Origin: Bifidobacterium breve
GTDB taxonomy: Bacteria > Actinomycetota > Thermoleophilia > Miltoncostaeales > Miltoncostaeaceae
Length of the DNA: 58,439 nucleotides
Reading direction: 5' to 3'
Assembly (NCBI GenBank): GCA_945876305.1
Contig: CAMCOB010000001.1
Location: forward strand, 1-58,439
The stretch's first letter is position 1; each line of letters begins with the position of its first letter. The notes under the pieces were generated by a model that saw only the letters and a program-made list of their open reading frames with translations, had not been told where the DNA came from and ran no database searches. Below, piece by piece: positions 38,008 through 47,170 of the stretch. The position numbers were made by a program, and so were the translations under genes.

Positions 38008-39270
38008 TCAGCGGATCTGACCGGTACCGGTGATGAGGTACTTCACCGTGGTCAGGTGAGACAGGCCGATGGGCCCGCGGGCGTGCAGTTTCTGCGTCGA
38101 GATCCCAATCTCTGCGCCCATCCCGAACTCCCCACCATCAGTAAACCGGGTGGATGCGTTGACGTACACGCATGCCGCGTCCACGCGCAACTGGAATGCC
38201 TGCGCGGCTTCAAGCGATGCCGTGATGATCGATTCGCTGTGCCCCGACCCGAACCGGTTGATGTGGTCAATTGCCTCGTCCACCGAGCCAACCACGCCGA
38301 CCGAAAGGATGAGCGACAGGAACTCACGGGCGAAGTCGTCGTCGGTGGCGGCAGGCAGGTCAGCCGCAGAAGGTCCGATGGCTGCCCGGGCCTCGTCGGA
38401 CACACGCAGTTCCACACCCTGGGCGATGAGCGCCTCGGCGGCGCGTGGCAGGAACTCCGCAGCCACATCGCGGTGCACCAGCAGCGACTCGGCCGCGTTG
38501 CACACGCCTGGCCGCTGGCACTTGGCATTTACGATAATCGCGAGGGCATCGTTCAGATCGGCTGACGAATCGACGTACACGTGGCAATTGCCCGATGCGG
38601 CGTAGATGACCGGCACCCGGGCGTGCTCGATGAGATAGGCCTTGAGCTCCTCGCCTCCGCGTGGGATGACCAGATCAACCTGACCCTCGGCGCGGATCAT
38701 CTCGAGCATCTCATCGCGATCGGTGCCCAGCATCGTGATGGCGCCATCCGGCACGCCCGCGCCTGCGAGCGCGGCCATCACCACATCACCGAGGATGCCG
38801 TTGGAGCGGGCGGCGATGCTGCTGCCACGAAGCACGATCGCATTGCCGCTCTTCAGAGCCAGCGCCGCGGCATCGGTCGTGACGTTGGGCCGGCCTTCAT
38901 AGATGACCCCGATCACACCCAGCGGCACACGCGTCTCGAGGATCTCGAGCCCGTTGGTCACCCGCCACCCCGCATCCACGATGCCCACGGGGTCGGGCAA
39001 GGCGGCAACTGCGCGGATGCCCTGTGCCATGGCACCCAGCCGCGAGTCGTCAAGCAGCAGGCGGTCAACCATCGCGGTGGGGGCATTGGCCTGCCGGGCG
39101 GCCTGCACATCCTCGGCATTCTCGGCGATGATCTCGGCCGATCGCGAGGCGAGGGCCCGCGCCATGGCCTCCAGCGCGTCCACCTTGTCGCCGGGGCTCA
39201 TCACGGCCAGTGTGCGACTGGCCGACCGTGCGGCCGCGAGGCGATCGTTCAATGAGGTCGTGGCGCTCAT
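38008..39270 (-). CDS. proA: gamma-glutamyl phosphate reductase
   Basis: Aldehyde dehydrogenase fold with catalytic CNAAESLLVH. 420 aa. Confidence 0.95.
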   Translation of the reverse strand: MSATTSLNDRLAAARSASRTLAVMSPGDKVDALEAMARALASRSAEIIAENAEDVQAARQANAPTAMVDRLLLDDSRLGAMAQGIRAVAALPDPVGIVDAGWRVTNGLEILETRVPLGVIGVIYEGRPNVTTDAAALALKSGNAIVLRGSSIAARSNGILGDVVMAALAGAGVPDGAITMLGTDRDEMLEMIRAEGQVDLVIPRGGEELKAYLIEHARVPVIYAASGNCHVYVDSSADLNDALAIIVNAKCQRPGVCNAAESLLVHRDVAAEFLPRAAEALIAQGVELRVSDEARAAIGPSAADLPAATDDDFAREFLSLILSVGVVGSVDEAIDHINRFGSGHSESIITASLEAAQAFQLRVDAACVYVNASTRFTDGGEFGMGAEIGISTQKLHARGPIGLSHLTTVKYLITGTGQIR

Positions 39271-39282
39271 CAGGTGGTCACG

Positions 39283-40395
39283 CTATCGCACGTATCCATC
39301 GGACCCGGCCAGCACGAAGCGATCGCGGTGCACGATCTCGCTCGGCGCACCGGGCAGCACGCCTGCGGCCTGGTCGGACCGCATACCGATTACCCGACGC
39401 ACCTCATCCGCAGAGAGCTCCGTAATGCCCTTGCCCACCTCGGTGCCGTCCGGGCCGGCAACCACCACGGCATCCCCTGCACGGAAGGTGCCGTCGCAGG
39501 CGGTGACACCCACCGGCAGCAGCGATGTGCCCTTCTCGACGAGGGCGCGTACGGCCCCAGCATCAACCGTGATCGTTCCCATACTGGGCTTGGCGTGACG
39601 GAGCCACATCTTGAAGGAGGCCTGTGGGCGCCCGGAGGCGGGAAACCGTGTGCCCACCGCCTCGCCGGCCGCCGCGGCAGGGATAACACCTGCGTCACGA
39701 CCACTGGCGATCACGCAGGTAACACCGCATCCGGCGGCGATCCCGGCCGATGCCAGTTTGCTTTCGATGCCACCACTGCCGATCCCCGACCCGGGAAGCA
39801 CCGCCACCTCGACCTCACGCGGGTCTGTGCCAACAGCCACCTCACCGATCAGTTCAGGTCCGCTCGTCCCCGGTGCATACAGCCCATCACGGTCGGTGAG
39901 CAGCAGCAGTACCCGGGCGCGCAACAGGATTGCCACCTGGGCAGCAAGCACGTCGTTGTCGCCAAAGGTGAGCTCATCGGTGGCGGTGGTGTCGTTCTCA
40001 TTAATCACCGGAACCGTGCCCAATGCCACAAGGCGCTCAAGCGTGTTCTGCGCGTTGACATACGAGGTGCGGTGCTCAAGGTCGGCCGACGTGAGCAGCA
40101 CCTGCGCGGGCACCACGCCGTGCGCGGCGAAGGCTGTGATGTACCGCGCGAACAACGCCCCCTGCCCCACCGCGGATGCCGCCTGCAGGTCGGGAAGGGC
40201 GTCAGGACGGCTGGCAATACCGAGGACACCCAGCCCGCACGCGATGGCGCCGCTCGACACCAGCACCGGATTCATGCCGGCATCGCGCAGTGCGGCGATC
40301 TCGGCCACTCGCGCCACGAGCACGTCCTCGCGCAGCACGCCCTGCTCGTCCACCAGCGTGGATGAGCCGATCTTGATGACGATGACGTCGGTCAC
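39283..40395 (-). CDS. proB: glutamate 5-kinase (with PUA domain)
   Basis: VIKIGSSTLVD, an amino-acid kinase fold and a C-terminal PUA domain. The GTG at 40395 overlaps the obg stop (GTGA). Confidence 0.9.
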   Translation of the reverse strand: MTDVIVIKIGSSTLVDEQGVLREDVLVARVAEIAALRDAGMNPVLVSSGAIACGLGVLGIASRPDALPDLQAASAVGQGALFARYITAFAAHGVVPAQVLLTSADLEHRTSYVNAQNTLERLVALGTVPVINENDTTATDELTFGDNDVLAAQVAILLRARVLLLLTDRDGLYAPGTSGPELIGEVAVGTDPREVEVAVLPGSGIGSGGIESKLASAGIAAGCGVTCVIASGRDAGVIPAAAAGEAVGTRFPASGRPQASFKMWLRHAKPSMGTITVDAGAVRALVEKGTSLLPVGVTACDGTFRAGDAVVVAGPDGTEVGKGITELSADEVRRVIGMRSDQAAGVLPGAPSEIVHRDRFVLAGSDGYVR

Positions 40396-41321
40396 GCGAT
40401 CCACTCGATCAGCGCGTCGCGGAGTTCGGGAATGCCCTCCGCGGTTTCCGCAGAGGTGGCGAAGTCGACGCCGTCCGGCGGGTCCTCGAGATCGCACTTG
40501 GTGGCGACGATCACCTGACGGGCGCGCTCGGGGGCGTACGGCGCGATACCGGCGCGAACGAGGGCGATGCGCTCGTCGGCATCCCACGGGTCAGATGCAT
40601 CAACGCAGTGCAGGATGACCTTGGCCCGCTCCAACTGTCCGAGGGCGGCGCCGTTGCGCTCGCTGCCGTCGGCGGCAAGCCCCGGAAGATCGGCAACCAG
40701 GTGGGGTTCACCGAAGCCATCGTCCAGCGGGCCGAGTGCCGGCTCCTTCGTGGTGTGCGGGTACGGGGCAACCGTTGCGCTCGCACCGGTGATGGCATTG
40801 AGCAGCGAGGTCTTGCCCGAGTTCGGCATACCCACGATGGCCACATCAACCGGCAGGCGCATCTCCAGCACAAGCCATGTGCCCTCGCCATCCTCGCCCG
40901 GCACGGTAATGCGGGGGGCGCGCTGCGTTGATGAGCGGAAGGCGCGGTTGCCCACGCCACCACCACCGCCACGCGCAACCGACACTCGATCGCCCACCGC
41001 ACCGAGTACGGCAATCTCCTCGTCGTCGCGGAACACCCGGGTACCGGGGGGAACGCTCACCTCGAGGTCGCCGCCATTCCTGCCGTGCTTATTGCGTCCC
41101 TCGCCGTCACCGCCAACGGTTGCCTTGTGGTGCACCGCGTGGCGGAACTGCGTCAGGTCGATCATCTGCTCGTCGGCGACCAGCACGACATCGCCGCCGC
41201 GTCCGCCGTTCCCCCCATCGGGGCCGCCCTTGGGCGAATGCGCCTCACGACGGAATGAGAGGCAACCGTTGCCCCCGCGCCCCGCCTGGACGTGGATCTG
41301 GGCCCGATCGGTAAATGACAT
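40392..41321 (-). CDS. obg: GTPase Obg/CgtA
   Basis: Obg fold FTDRAQIHVQAGRGGNGCLSFRRE..GGPDGGNGGRGGDV, G1 motif GMPNSGKTSLL and DLPG. I chose the internal ATG at 41321. Confidence 0.9.
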   Translation of the reverse strand: MSFTDRAQIHVQAGRGGNGCLSFRREAHSPKGGPDGGNGGRGGDVVLVADEQMIDLTQFRHAVHHKATVGGDGEGRNKHGRNGGDLEVSVPPGTRVFRDDEEIAVLGAVGDRVSVARGGGGGVGNRAFRSSTQRAPRITVPGEDGEGTWLVLEMRLPVDVAIVGMPNSGKTSLLNAITGASATVAPYPHTTKEPALGPLDDGFGEPHLVADLPGLAADGSERNGAALGQLERAKVILHCVDASDPWDADERIALVRAGIAPYAPERARQVIVATKCDLEDPPDGVDFATSAETAEGIPELRDALIEWIA

Positions 41322-41349
41322 GGTGCGGAGCCTCAGGCCCCGCCCCGGC

Positions 41350-41616
41350 TCAGGACGCCGGGGCCTCCACCGGGTGCACGAAGACGCGCCGACCCTTGAT
41401 GCCATTTGTGAACTCCACCCGGCCACTTACGGTGGCGAAGATGGTGTGGTCACGACCGATGCCCGTCCCGTTGGCAGGCTTGAACACCGTGCCGCGCTGG
41501 CGGACGATGATCGAACCGGCCGGAATGACCTGGCCAGCGAATACCTTCACGCCGAGGCGCTTGGAGTTCGAATCGCGACCGTTGCGGCTGGAGCCGCCAC
41601 CCTTCTTATGTGCCAT
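41350..41616 (-). CDS. rpmA: 50S ribosomal protein L27
   Basis: [24 protein letters not shown]. Confidence 0.95.
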   Translation of the reverse strand: MAHKKGGGSSRNGRDSNSKRLGVKVFAGQVIPAGSIIVRQRGTVFKPANGTGIGRDHTIFATVSGRVEFTNGIKGRRVFVHPVEAPAS

Positions 41617-41619
41617 TGC

Positions 41620-41922
41620 TCAGCCCCCGATTGCCGTGATGCGCACCCGCGAAAGGTGCGAGCGGTGACCCATCTTGCGCTTGCTGTCCTTCTTGGCGCG
41701 GTAGGTGAAAACCGTGATCTTCGGTCCGAGAACGTGCTCCTCGACCTCCGCGGTCACGGTGCCCCCATCGGTGATGCCATCGGCGCTCCCGGTTGCGAGA
41801 ACCCTGGGCGAGATGGACTCACCGGGCTCGGCCGCAATGCGGTCCACGACGATACGCTCACCTTCACGCACCCTGTATTGCTTGCCCCCGAGGGCGATCA
41901 CGGCATACTCAGCCACGGACAT
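41620..41922 (-). CDS. rplU: 50S ribosomal protein L21
   Basis: YAVIALGGKQYRV...KITVFTYRAKKDSKRKMGHR. Only the last 100 codons of the 384-aa track ORF are credible. The start is ATG at 41922 or GTG at 41916. Confidence 0.9.
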   Translation of the reverse strand: MSVAEYAVIALGGKQYRVREGERIVVDRIAAEPGESISPRVLATGSADGITDGGTVTAEVEEHVLGPKITVFTYRAKKDSKRKMGHRSHLSRVRITAIGG

Positions 41923-41967
41923 CTCCACTACTGACGACGGGACGCCCGTCTCCGGACGCGATCGCGC

Positions 41968-43617
41968 ATGGTAGCGACACCGGACCCGAAGTACCACACC
42001 GAAGGGGAAATCTCGCACCCACGCATCGCACGTATCGCCGGTATCGGGCTCCTGATCGCGATTTCGGGCACCTCGCAGGCCCTCGGGGCCAGCGGTGAGC
42101 TGCGCGTCGAGGCCGGGGGCAACCCGGACTTCCTCGACCCTGCACTGGCCCGGGACCCGCTCGCGTGGCAGATAATGGGAGCCACGCAGGGCGGTCTGGT
42201 GGCGTTCCGGCGTGCCGGAGGTACTCCGGGAACCACCGTGGTGCCAGACCTCGCCACAGCCCTTCCGGTCGTCTCGTCCAACGGTCTGACGCTCACCTTC
42301 ACGCTGAGGGATGACGTGCGGTTTGGCCCGCCCGCCTCGCGCGTTGCGCTGCCAAGCGACGTGAAGAGCAGCCTCGAGCGCATGCTCATCCTCGACTCCC
42401 GTGGCACCGCGCTCTACACCGCGATCGATGGCGCGCCGGCGGTAATCGCGGGGCGCACCCGACAGCTGTCCGGCGTCGTGGCCGACGACGCCGCACGTAC
42501 CGTCACCATCAGCCTCACGCGACGGGATCCAACGCTGGTGCAGGCGCTCGCGCTTCCATTTGCATCGGTTGTTCCCAAAGGCACCCGGGCGGTCGATCAA
42601 ACCGTTGACCCACCGGCGGGCCTGGGGCCGTACGCCATCTCGGCCTTCGAACCCGACCGGCGCATCGTTCTCACAGCCAACCCGGGCTACGTGGCGCGGG
42701 ACGGCCTGCCCGCTGGCCATGCAGCCGGCATCACCATCCGCCTCGGCTTCACACCCCGAGCTGCTGCGGCGCACGTCGCAGCCGGCGACGCCGACTACTC
42801 GGTAATGCCAATTGCCCGGTCGGCCACACGTCGCGGTGGCTATGCGGCCGGTGCCACCGCCAATGCCGTCACCGATTCGGCCACGGCGTACGTGGCAATC
42901 GACCCATCCCAGGCTCCGTTCACAGACCCTGGTGTGCGGCGTGCCGTTGGGCTGGCTCTCAATCGGTCCGTTGCGGCGGCGGCGATCACCACCGGGGCCC
43001 GTGCCGCCAGCCGCATGATTCCGCCCGGCACCCCGGGCAACCGTGAGGGAACCCGAGCGCCCGACCTGCGCACCGCACGGGCACTGGTGTCCGGGGCGGG
43101 GGCCACCGGCACCGCGGTAACGCTCTGGACGGGAACCGGATCCGCAGAGCGCGCCATCGCCCCGGCCGTGCGTGACGCACTTTCGAAGATTGGTCTCGTC
43201 CCAATCGTGAAGGCACTGCCAAAGAACTCGGGCCTCGGTCGCGCCGCGCCGCGTGCCGCGATTGCCACCGCCATGTGGACTCAGACACTCCCAGACGGAT
43301 CAGATGCCTATGCGCAGCTGCTGGGCACCACCGCTCCGGGCACGCCCGCCACCCCACCGATACCCGCCATCTCCGGCGATGCTGCCCTTCGATCGCGCGC
43401 CCGATCAGCCGCCAACGCGGTCCTCGGCACCGCGCGCGATTCGGCATGGGCACAGGTGGATGCCAGCGCGGTTGCCGACGGCCGTGTGGTGCCGGTCGCC
43501 ACCCCCGTCGCAACGGAGGTCACCGCACCCGGTGTGTCCGGTGTGACGGTGAACCCCGTGCTTGGAGTACTGCTCGGATCGCTGCAGCCCGCGGGCGGGA
43601 GCGACCGCGCGCGCTAG
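41968..43617 (+). CDS. ABC transporter substrate-binding protein, family 5 (peptide/nickel type), orphan
   Basis: Signal peptide IAGIGLLIAISGTSQALGA, then motifs typical of SBP family 5 (VPDLATALPVVSSNGLTLTFTLRDDVRF). No permease or ATPase genes are adjacent. Confidence 0.7.
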   Translation: MVATPDPKYHTEGEISHPRIARIAGIGLLIAISGTSQALGASGELRVEAGGNPDFLDPALARDPLAWQIMGATQGGLVAFRRAGGTPGTTVVPDLATALPVVSSNGLTLTFTLRDDVRFGPPASRVALPSDVKSSLERMLILDSRGTALYTAIDGAPAVIAGRTRQLSGVVADDAARTVTISLTRRDPTLVQALALPFASVVPKGTRAVDQTVDPPAGLGPYAISAFEPDRRIVLTANPGYVARDGLPAGHAAGITIRLGFTPRAAAAHVAAGDADYSVMPIARSATRRGGYAAGATANAVTDSATAYVAIDPSQAPFTDPGVRRAVGLALNRSVAAAAITTGARAASRMIPPGTPGNREGTRAPDLRTARALVSGAGATGTAVTLWTGTGSAERAIAPAVRDALSKIGLVPIVKALPKNSGLGRAAPRAAIATAMWTQTLPDGSDAYAQLLGTTAPGTPATPPIPAISGDAALRSRARSAANAVLGTARDSAWAQVDASAVADGRVVPVATPVATEVTAPGVSGVTVNPVLGVLLGSLQPAGGSDRAR

Positions 43618-45137
43618 GCCCCGGCGGGCTTCACGGCGGACCGGCTGCGAGTGGTGCGGGTACGCGAACGGCTCGCACCGCTCCCCGCGGCCCCACCACC
43701 AACCCGCGCACTCCCCGGTGCCAACGAGGCATCTGACTCCAGCGTGATCGAGATGCCGAGGTCCTCCTCAATCGCCGCCAGCACCGCGCTGTCGTCTGCG
43801 GTGAGGAACCCCATGACCTCCGGGTGAACACTCACGGCAACGGGCGACTCAGATGTGCCGGTAAGCGCCATGCGGATCTGGCGCTCGGCGTCAATGGCGT
43901 GGGTCTCGGCGCTCACAACGAATCCCTGCCCCCCGCATGTGGGGCAGTGGTTGGTCATGATCTCGCGGGCACCGTCACTGATGTTCTGACGCGTCATCTG
44001 CACCAGGCCGAGCGGCGAGATCTCCACCACGAAGGTCCGGGTGCGATCGTTTGCGAGTGCGTCATTGAGCGCCTGGGTCACCGCCCGGCGGTTCTTCGCG
44101 TTATCCATGTCGATGAAGTCGATAACGATGATGCCGCCGATGTCGCGCAGCCGCAGCTGACGCACGACCTCGGTAGCCGCCTCAAGATTGGTACGGGTGA
44201 TGGTGTCTTCGAGATGGGTGTTGCCACGCCCCACGTTCTTGCCCGAGTTGACGTCGATCACCGTCATGGCCTCGGTGTCATCAATCACCAGAGAACCACC
44301 GGATGCCAGTGGCACACGGCGGTTGAGGGTGGACCGGATGGCGTCCTCCACCCCGAAGTGCTTCAGCAACTGCCCCTCGCCGTCCCACACCTTCACGCGA
44401 TCGGCGAGTTCCGGAGACGTGCGTCTTAGGAACCCCACAATGCGCTCGTGCTGGCGGGCATCGTCCACGAGCACCTCATCAACGCTGTCGTTGAGGATGT
44501 CGCGGATGACCTTGAGCGACGAGTCGGCTTCGCTATAGAGCAGCGACGGAAGCGGCACCTGTGCTGACCGCTCACGGATGGCCTTCCACAGCAGGTTGAG
44601 CGATGCAAGGTCGCGCGCGAGCTCAGTGGCCGAGGCGCCCGCCGCCGCAGTACGCACGATCAGGCCTCCCCCATCGCGCGGCAGCTTCTTGCAGATGTCA
44701 CGCAGGCGGTGGCGCTCATCGTCATCAAGGCGCTTTGAGATACCGATGCCGTCACCGAATGGCACGTACACAAGAAACCGGCCAGCCAGCGACAACTGCA
44801 TGGTGAGTCGTGCGCCCTTGGTCCCCATCGGGTCCTTGACGGCCTGCACGATGACCTCGTCGCCCTTCTTGAGCATGTCGGCGATCAGGCGCTTCTTCTT
44901 GGGCACGCCCTCGGCCACCACGTCATCCACGTGGAGGAAGCCGTTCTTGCCGATGCCGACCTCGATGAATGAGGCCTCCATACCGGCAAGCACGCTCTCC
45001 ACGCGGCCCTTCCAGATGTGGCCCACAACTGAGCCCTTGCCACGACGCTCAATCTGCACCTCGGCGACGCGCCCGTCCTCAAGGATGGCCACGCGCGTCT
45101 CGGCGCGATCGATTGACACCAGAATCTGCTTGATCAG
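43614..45137 (-). CDS. rng: ribonuclease G/E family endoribonuclease
   Basis: S1 domain VGHIWKGRVESVLAGMEASFIEVG, the catalytic core IVIDFIDM and a Zn-link CPTCGGQG. The start is CTG at 45137 (CTGA overlap), GTG at 45119, or the far-upstream track start at 45269. Confidence 0.85.
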   Translation of the reverse strand: MIKQILVSIDRAETRVAILEDGRVAEVQIERRGKGSVVGHIWKGRVESVLAGMEASFIEVGIGKNGFLHVDDVVAEGVPKKKRLIADMLKKGDEVIVQAVKDPMGTKGARLTMQLSLAGRFLVYVPFGDGIGISKRLDDDERHRLRDICKKLPRDGGGLIVRTAAAGASATELARDLASLNLLWKAIRERSAQVPLPSLLYSEADSSLKVIRDILNDSVDEVLVDDARQHERIVGFLRRTSPELADRVKVWDGEGQLLKHFGVEDAIRSTLNRRVPLASGGSLVIDDTEAMTVIDVNSGKNVGRGNTHLEDTITRTNLEAATEVVRQLRLRDIGGIIVIDFIDMDNAKNRRAVTQALNDALANDRTRTFVVEISPLGLVQMTRQNISDGAREIMTNHCPTCGGQGFVVSAETHAIDAERQIRMALTGTSESPVAVSVHPEVMGFLTADDSAVLAAIEEDLGISITLESDASLAPGSARVGGGAAGSGASRSRTRTTRSRSAVKPAGA

Positions 45138-45994
45138 CTCTTCCCCTTCCGCCCCAGACGGGCGCGGATGAACGCCTTCACGGCGTCCTTCGGATCGATG
45201 TTCATATCGTCGCCGAGCCGGCGCGAAATACGCTCCGTCGCCGCGGCAAGTGCCACGGTCGAGGCCCATGCGACAGCGCCTCGCACCATCCAGCTGGGTG
45301 CGGGCACGATACGTGATGCGCCGCGGGCAACGATGCCCACGGCGATACCCGTTGCGGTCGCTGCGACCACCTCGGGAATGCGCTTGGCGGAAAGACCCTG
45401 CCCCTCGGCAGACCCCATTCGCACCACCATTGCGTGCTGGGCAGCCGCGCTGCCCGAGAACCAGTTGAGCGCGCCGGCGATTGCCGACTCCCGTGCGGCA
45501 ACGTCGACCAGGTGGCGATGCACCGGGTCTCGTAACGCCGGGTAGCGCCTGGCAGCGGGCACCATGCCCGTGCCGAGCGAGCGGATGACGGCCTGCATCA
45601 CCGCACTCACAGATGAATCGGACTCCAGATCGGGCACGAATGCCAGATCGCCGATCGTGACGTCGTCCTCGGCGAGCAACTCGCGCTCGATGCGGCCACG
45701 CTCATGCAGAGCGCACACGATGAGAACGAGCGTGCGATGGTTCTGCCGAGACCTGGCGGCAACTTCGAGGGCGGCGGCACGGACATCGTCACCGGCGCCC
45801 AGCGGGATAACCAGCAGGGTGGCTGCAGTCCGGTCGCCAACGGGTACGCCGAGCATCCCCGACAGCCGGCCACCCAGTACGGGGCTCGTCGGCAGGATCG
45901 CCATCACGCCGCCGTCAAGGGCCTGCTCATGATGCTCGCGGGTGTCCTTGGCCACGCGGTTGACTCGCTTGGCCAGCGTGGTGATGGCGCCCAT
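45134..45994 (-). CDS. hypothetical protein between rodA and rng (C-terminal half DUF697-like, tentative)
   Basis: 286 aa. The ATG abuts the rodA TAG with 0-nt spacing. The C-terminal hydrophobic segments (IPEVVAATATGIAVGIVARGASRIVP...RGAVAWASTVALAAATERI) resemble the DUF697/YcjF layout as I recall it. The N-terminal half has an alpha/beta pattern without a P-loop. Confidence 0.55.
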   Translation of the reverse strand: MGAITTLAKRVNRVAKDTREHHEQALDGGVMAILPTSPVLGGRLSGMLGVPVGDRTAATLLVIPLGAGDDVRAAALEVAARSRQNHRTLVLIVCALHERGRIERELLAEDDVTIGDLAFVPDLESDSSVSAVMQAVIRSLGTGMVPAARRYPALRDPVHRHLVDVAARESAIAGALNWFSGSAAAQHAMVVRMGSAEGQGLSAKRIPEVVAATATGIAVGIVARGASRIVPAPSWMVRGAVAWASTVALAAATERISRRLGDDMNIDPKDAVKAFIRARLGRKGKS

Positions 45995-47170
45995 CTATGC
46001 GGCTCCGGCAGCCTGAGCGGCGCGACCGCGCATGCCGATGCGAAGGAGGACGCCAACGGCGACAAGGTTTGTCAGTGTGTGGCTCCCGCCATACGACATC
46101 AATGGCAGCGGGATTCCCGTGATCGGCATGATCCCCACGTTCATGCCGATGTTAACGAACACCTCGAACGCCAGCATTGCGGCGATACCCGCCACCACCA
46201 GTCGCTCGAGTTCGGTGGGTGCCAATCGCATGATCACGATGGCCCGCCAGATGATGATGAAGTAGGCCGCGATGAGGAGGCCGCCCCCCAGAAATCCGAA
46301 CATCTCGGCCACCACAGCGAAGATGAAGTCGGTGTGGTGCTCGGGCAGGAAGTCATTGATGGTCTGAGTGGCACCGGAGGGGCCCTTGCCAAATGCCCCA
46401 CCCGAACCGATGGCCACCTTGCTCTGCTCCAACTGGTACCCCGACTGCGTGCGATCGCCGCCCGAATCAACGAACGACGTGAGTCGATCCACCTGATACG
46501 GACGCAAAACGTCCAGCCCCGCCGCCGGAAGCACATAGAGGATCATTCCCGCCGCCGCCACGATGACCGCGCCTGCAACGATGAAGTGCGTGATGGGCTG
46601 CCCAGCCACCCAGAGGATGGCCACGGCGATTGCCACGTACACAAGGGCGGTTCCGAGGTCGGGCTGCAGAAACACGATGACCGCGGGCAGCATCGTGAGA
46701 CCGAGCACCATCCACGACAGCCGGGCCGGCTCGATCGCCTTCAGCCGTTCCACCACCACGACGGCAAGCACGAACGCGATCAGCACCTTGCCGAGCTCTG
46801 ACGGCTGCACACGCACCGGGCCGAGTTCGATCCAGCGAGTGGATCCGCGGGCGGACGCGCCGAGCACCAAGACGGCCCCCACCGACGCCACCAGAATCGC
46901 GTAGATGGTCCACACATAACGCGACAGATCGTCGAGGTTGAGCCGCAACACGAAGAACAGGCACACCAGTCCCACCACGGTGAACGCCAGTTGGCGGGTG
47001 AAGTAGAAGCCCGAATTCGACGCCACGTCCGACTCCGTGGCGGCCCTGACCACAAACACGCCGAAGCCGGAGACCGCGAGGGCCATTCCCAGCAACCACC
47101 AGTCAAGCCCGCCGGTGGCCTGGCGCAGGCGGGCCCCGACCCCCTGGGGCTCCCCGGTCAGGGTCGTCAT
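45995..47170 (-). CDS. rodA: SEDS-family peptidoglycan glycosyltransferase RodA
   Basis: FtsW/RodA/SpoVE signature TDFIFAV..E..G, PITGIPLPLMSYGGS and 10 TM segments. Confidence 0.9.
   Translation of the reverse strand: MTTLTGEPQGVGARLRQATGGLDWWLLGMALAVSGFGVFVVRAATESDVASNSGFYFTRQLAFTVVGLVCLFFVLRLNLDDLSRYVWTIYAILVASVGAVLVLGASARGSTRWIELGPVRVQPSELGKVLIAFVLAVVVVERLKAIEPARLSWMVLGLTMLPAVIVFLQPDLGTALVYVAIAVAILWVAGQPITHFIVAGAVIVAAAGMILYVLPAAGLDVLRPYQVDRLTSFVDSGGDRTQSGYQLEQSKVAIGSGGAFGKGPSGATQTINDFLPEHHTDFIFAVVAEMFGFLGGGLLIAAYFIIIWRAIVIMRLAPTELERLVVAGIAAMLAFEVFVNIGMNVGIMPITGIPLPLMSYGGSHTLTNLVAVGVLLRIGMRGRAAQAAGAA

Noticed and set aside
41923-42774. The upstream 284 codons of the 384-aa minus-strand ORF 41620..42774.
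   Set aside because: Only the last 100 codons are L21. The remainder is arginine-rich junk lying antisense to the solute-binding protein gene.
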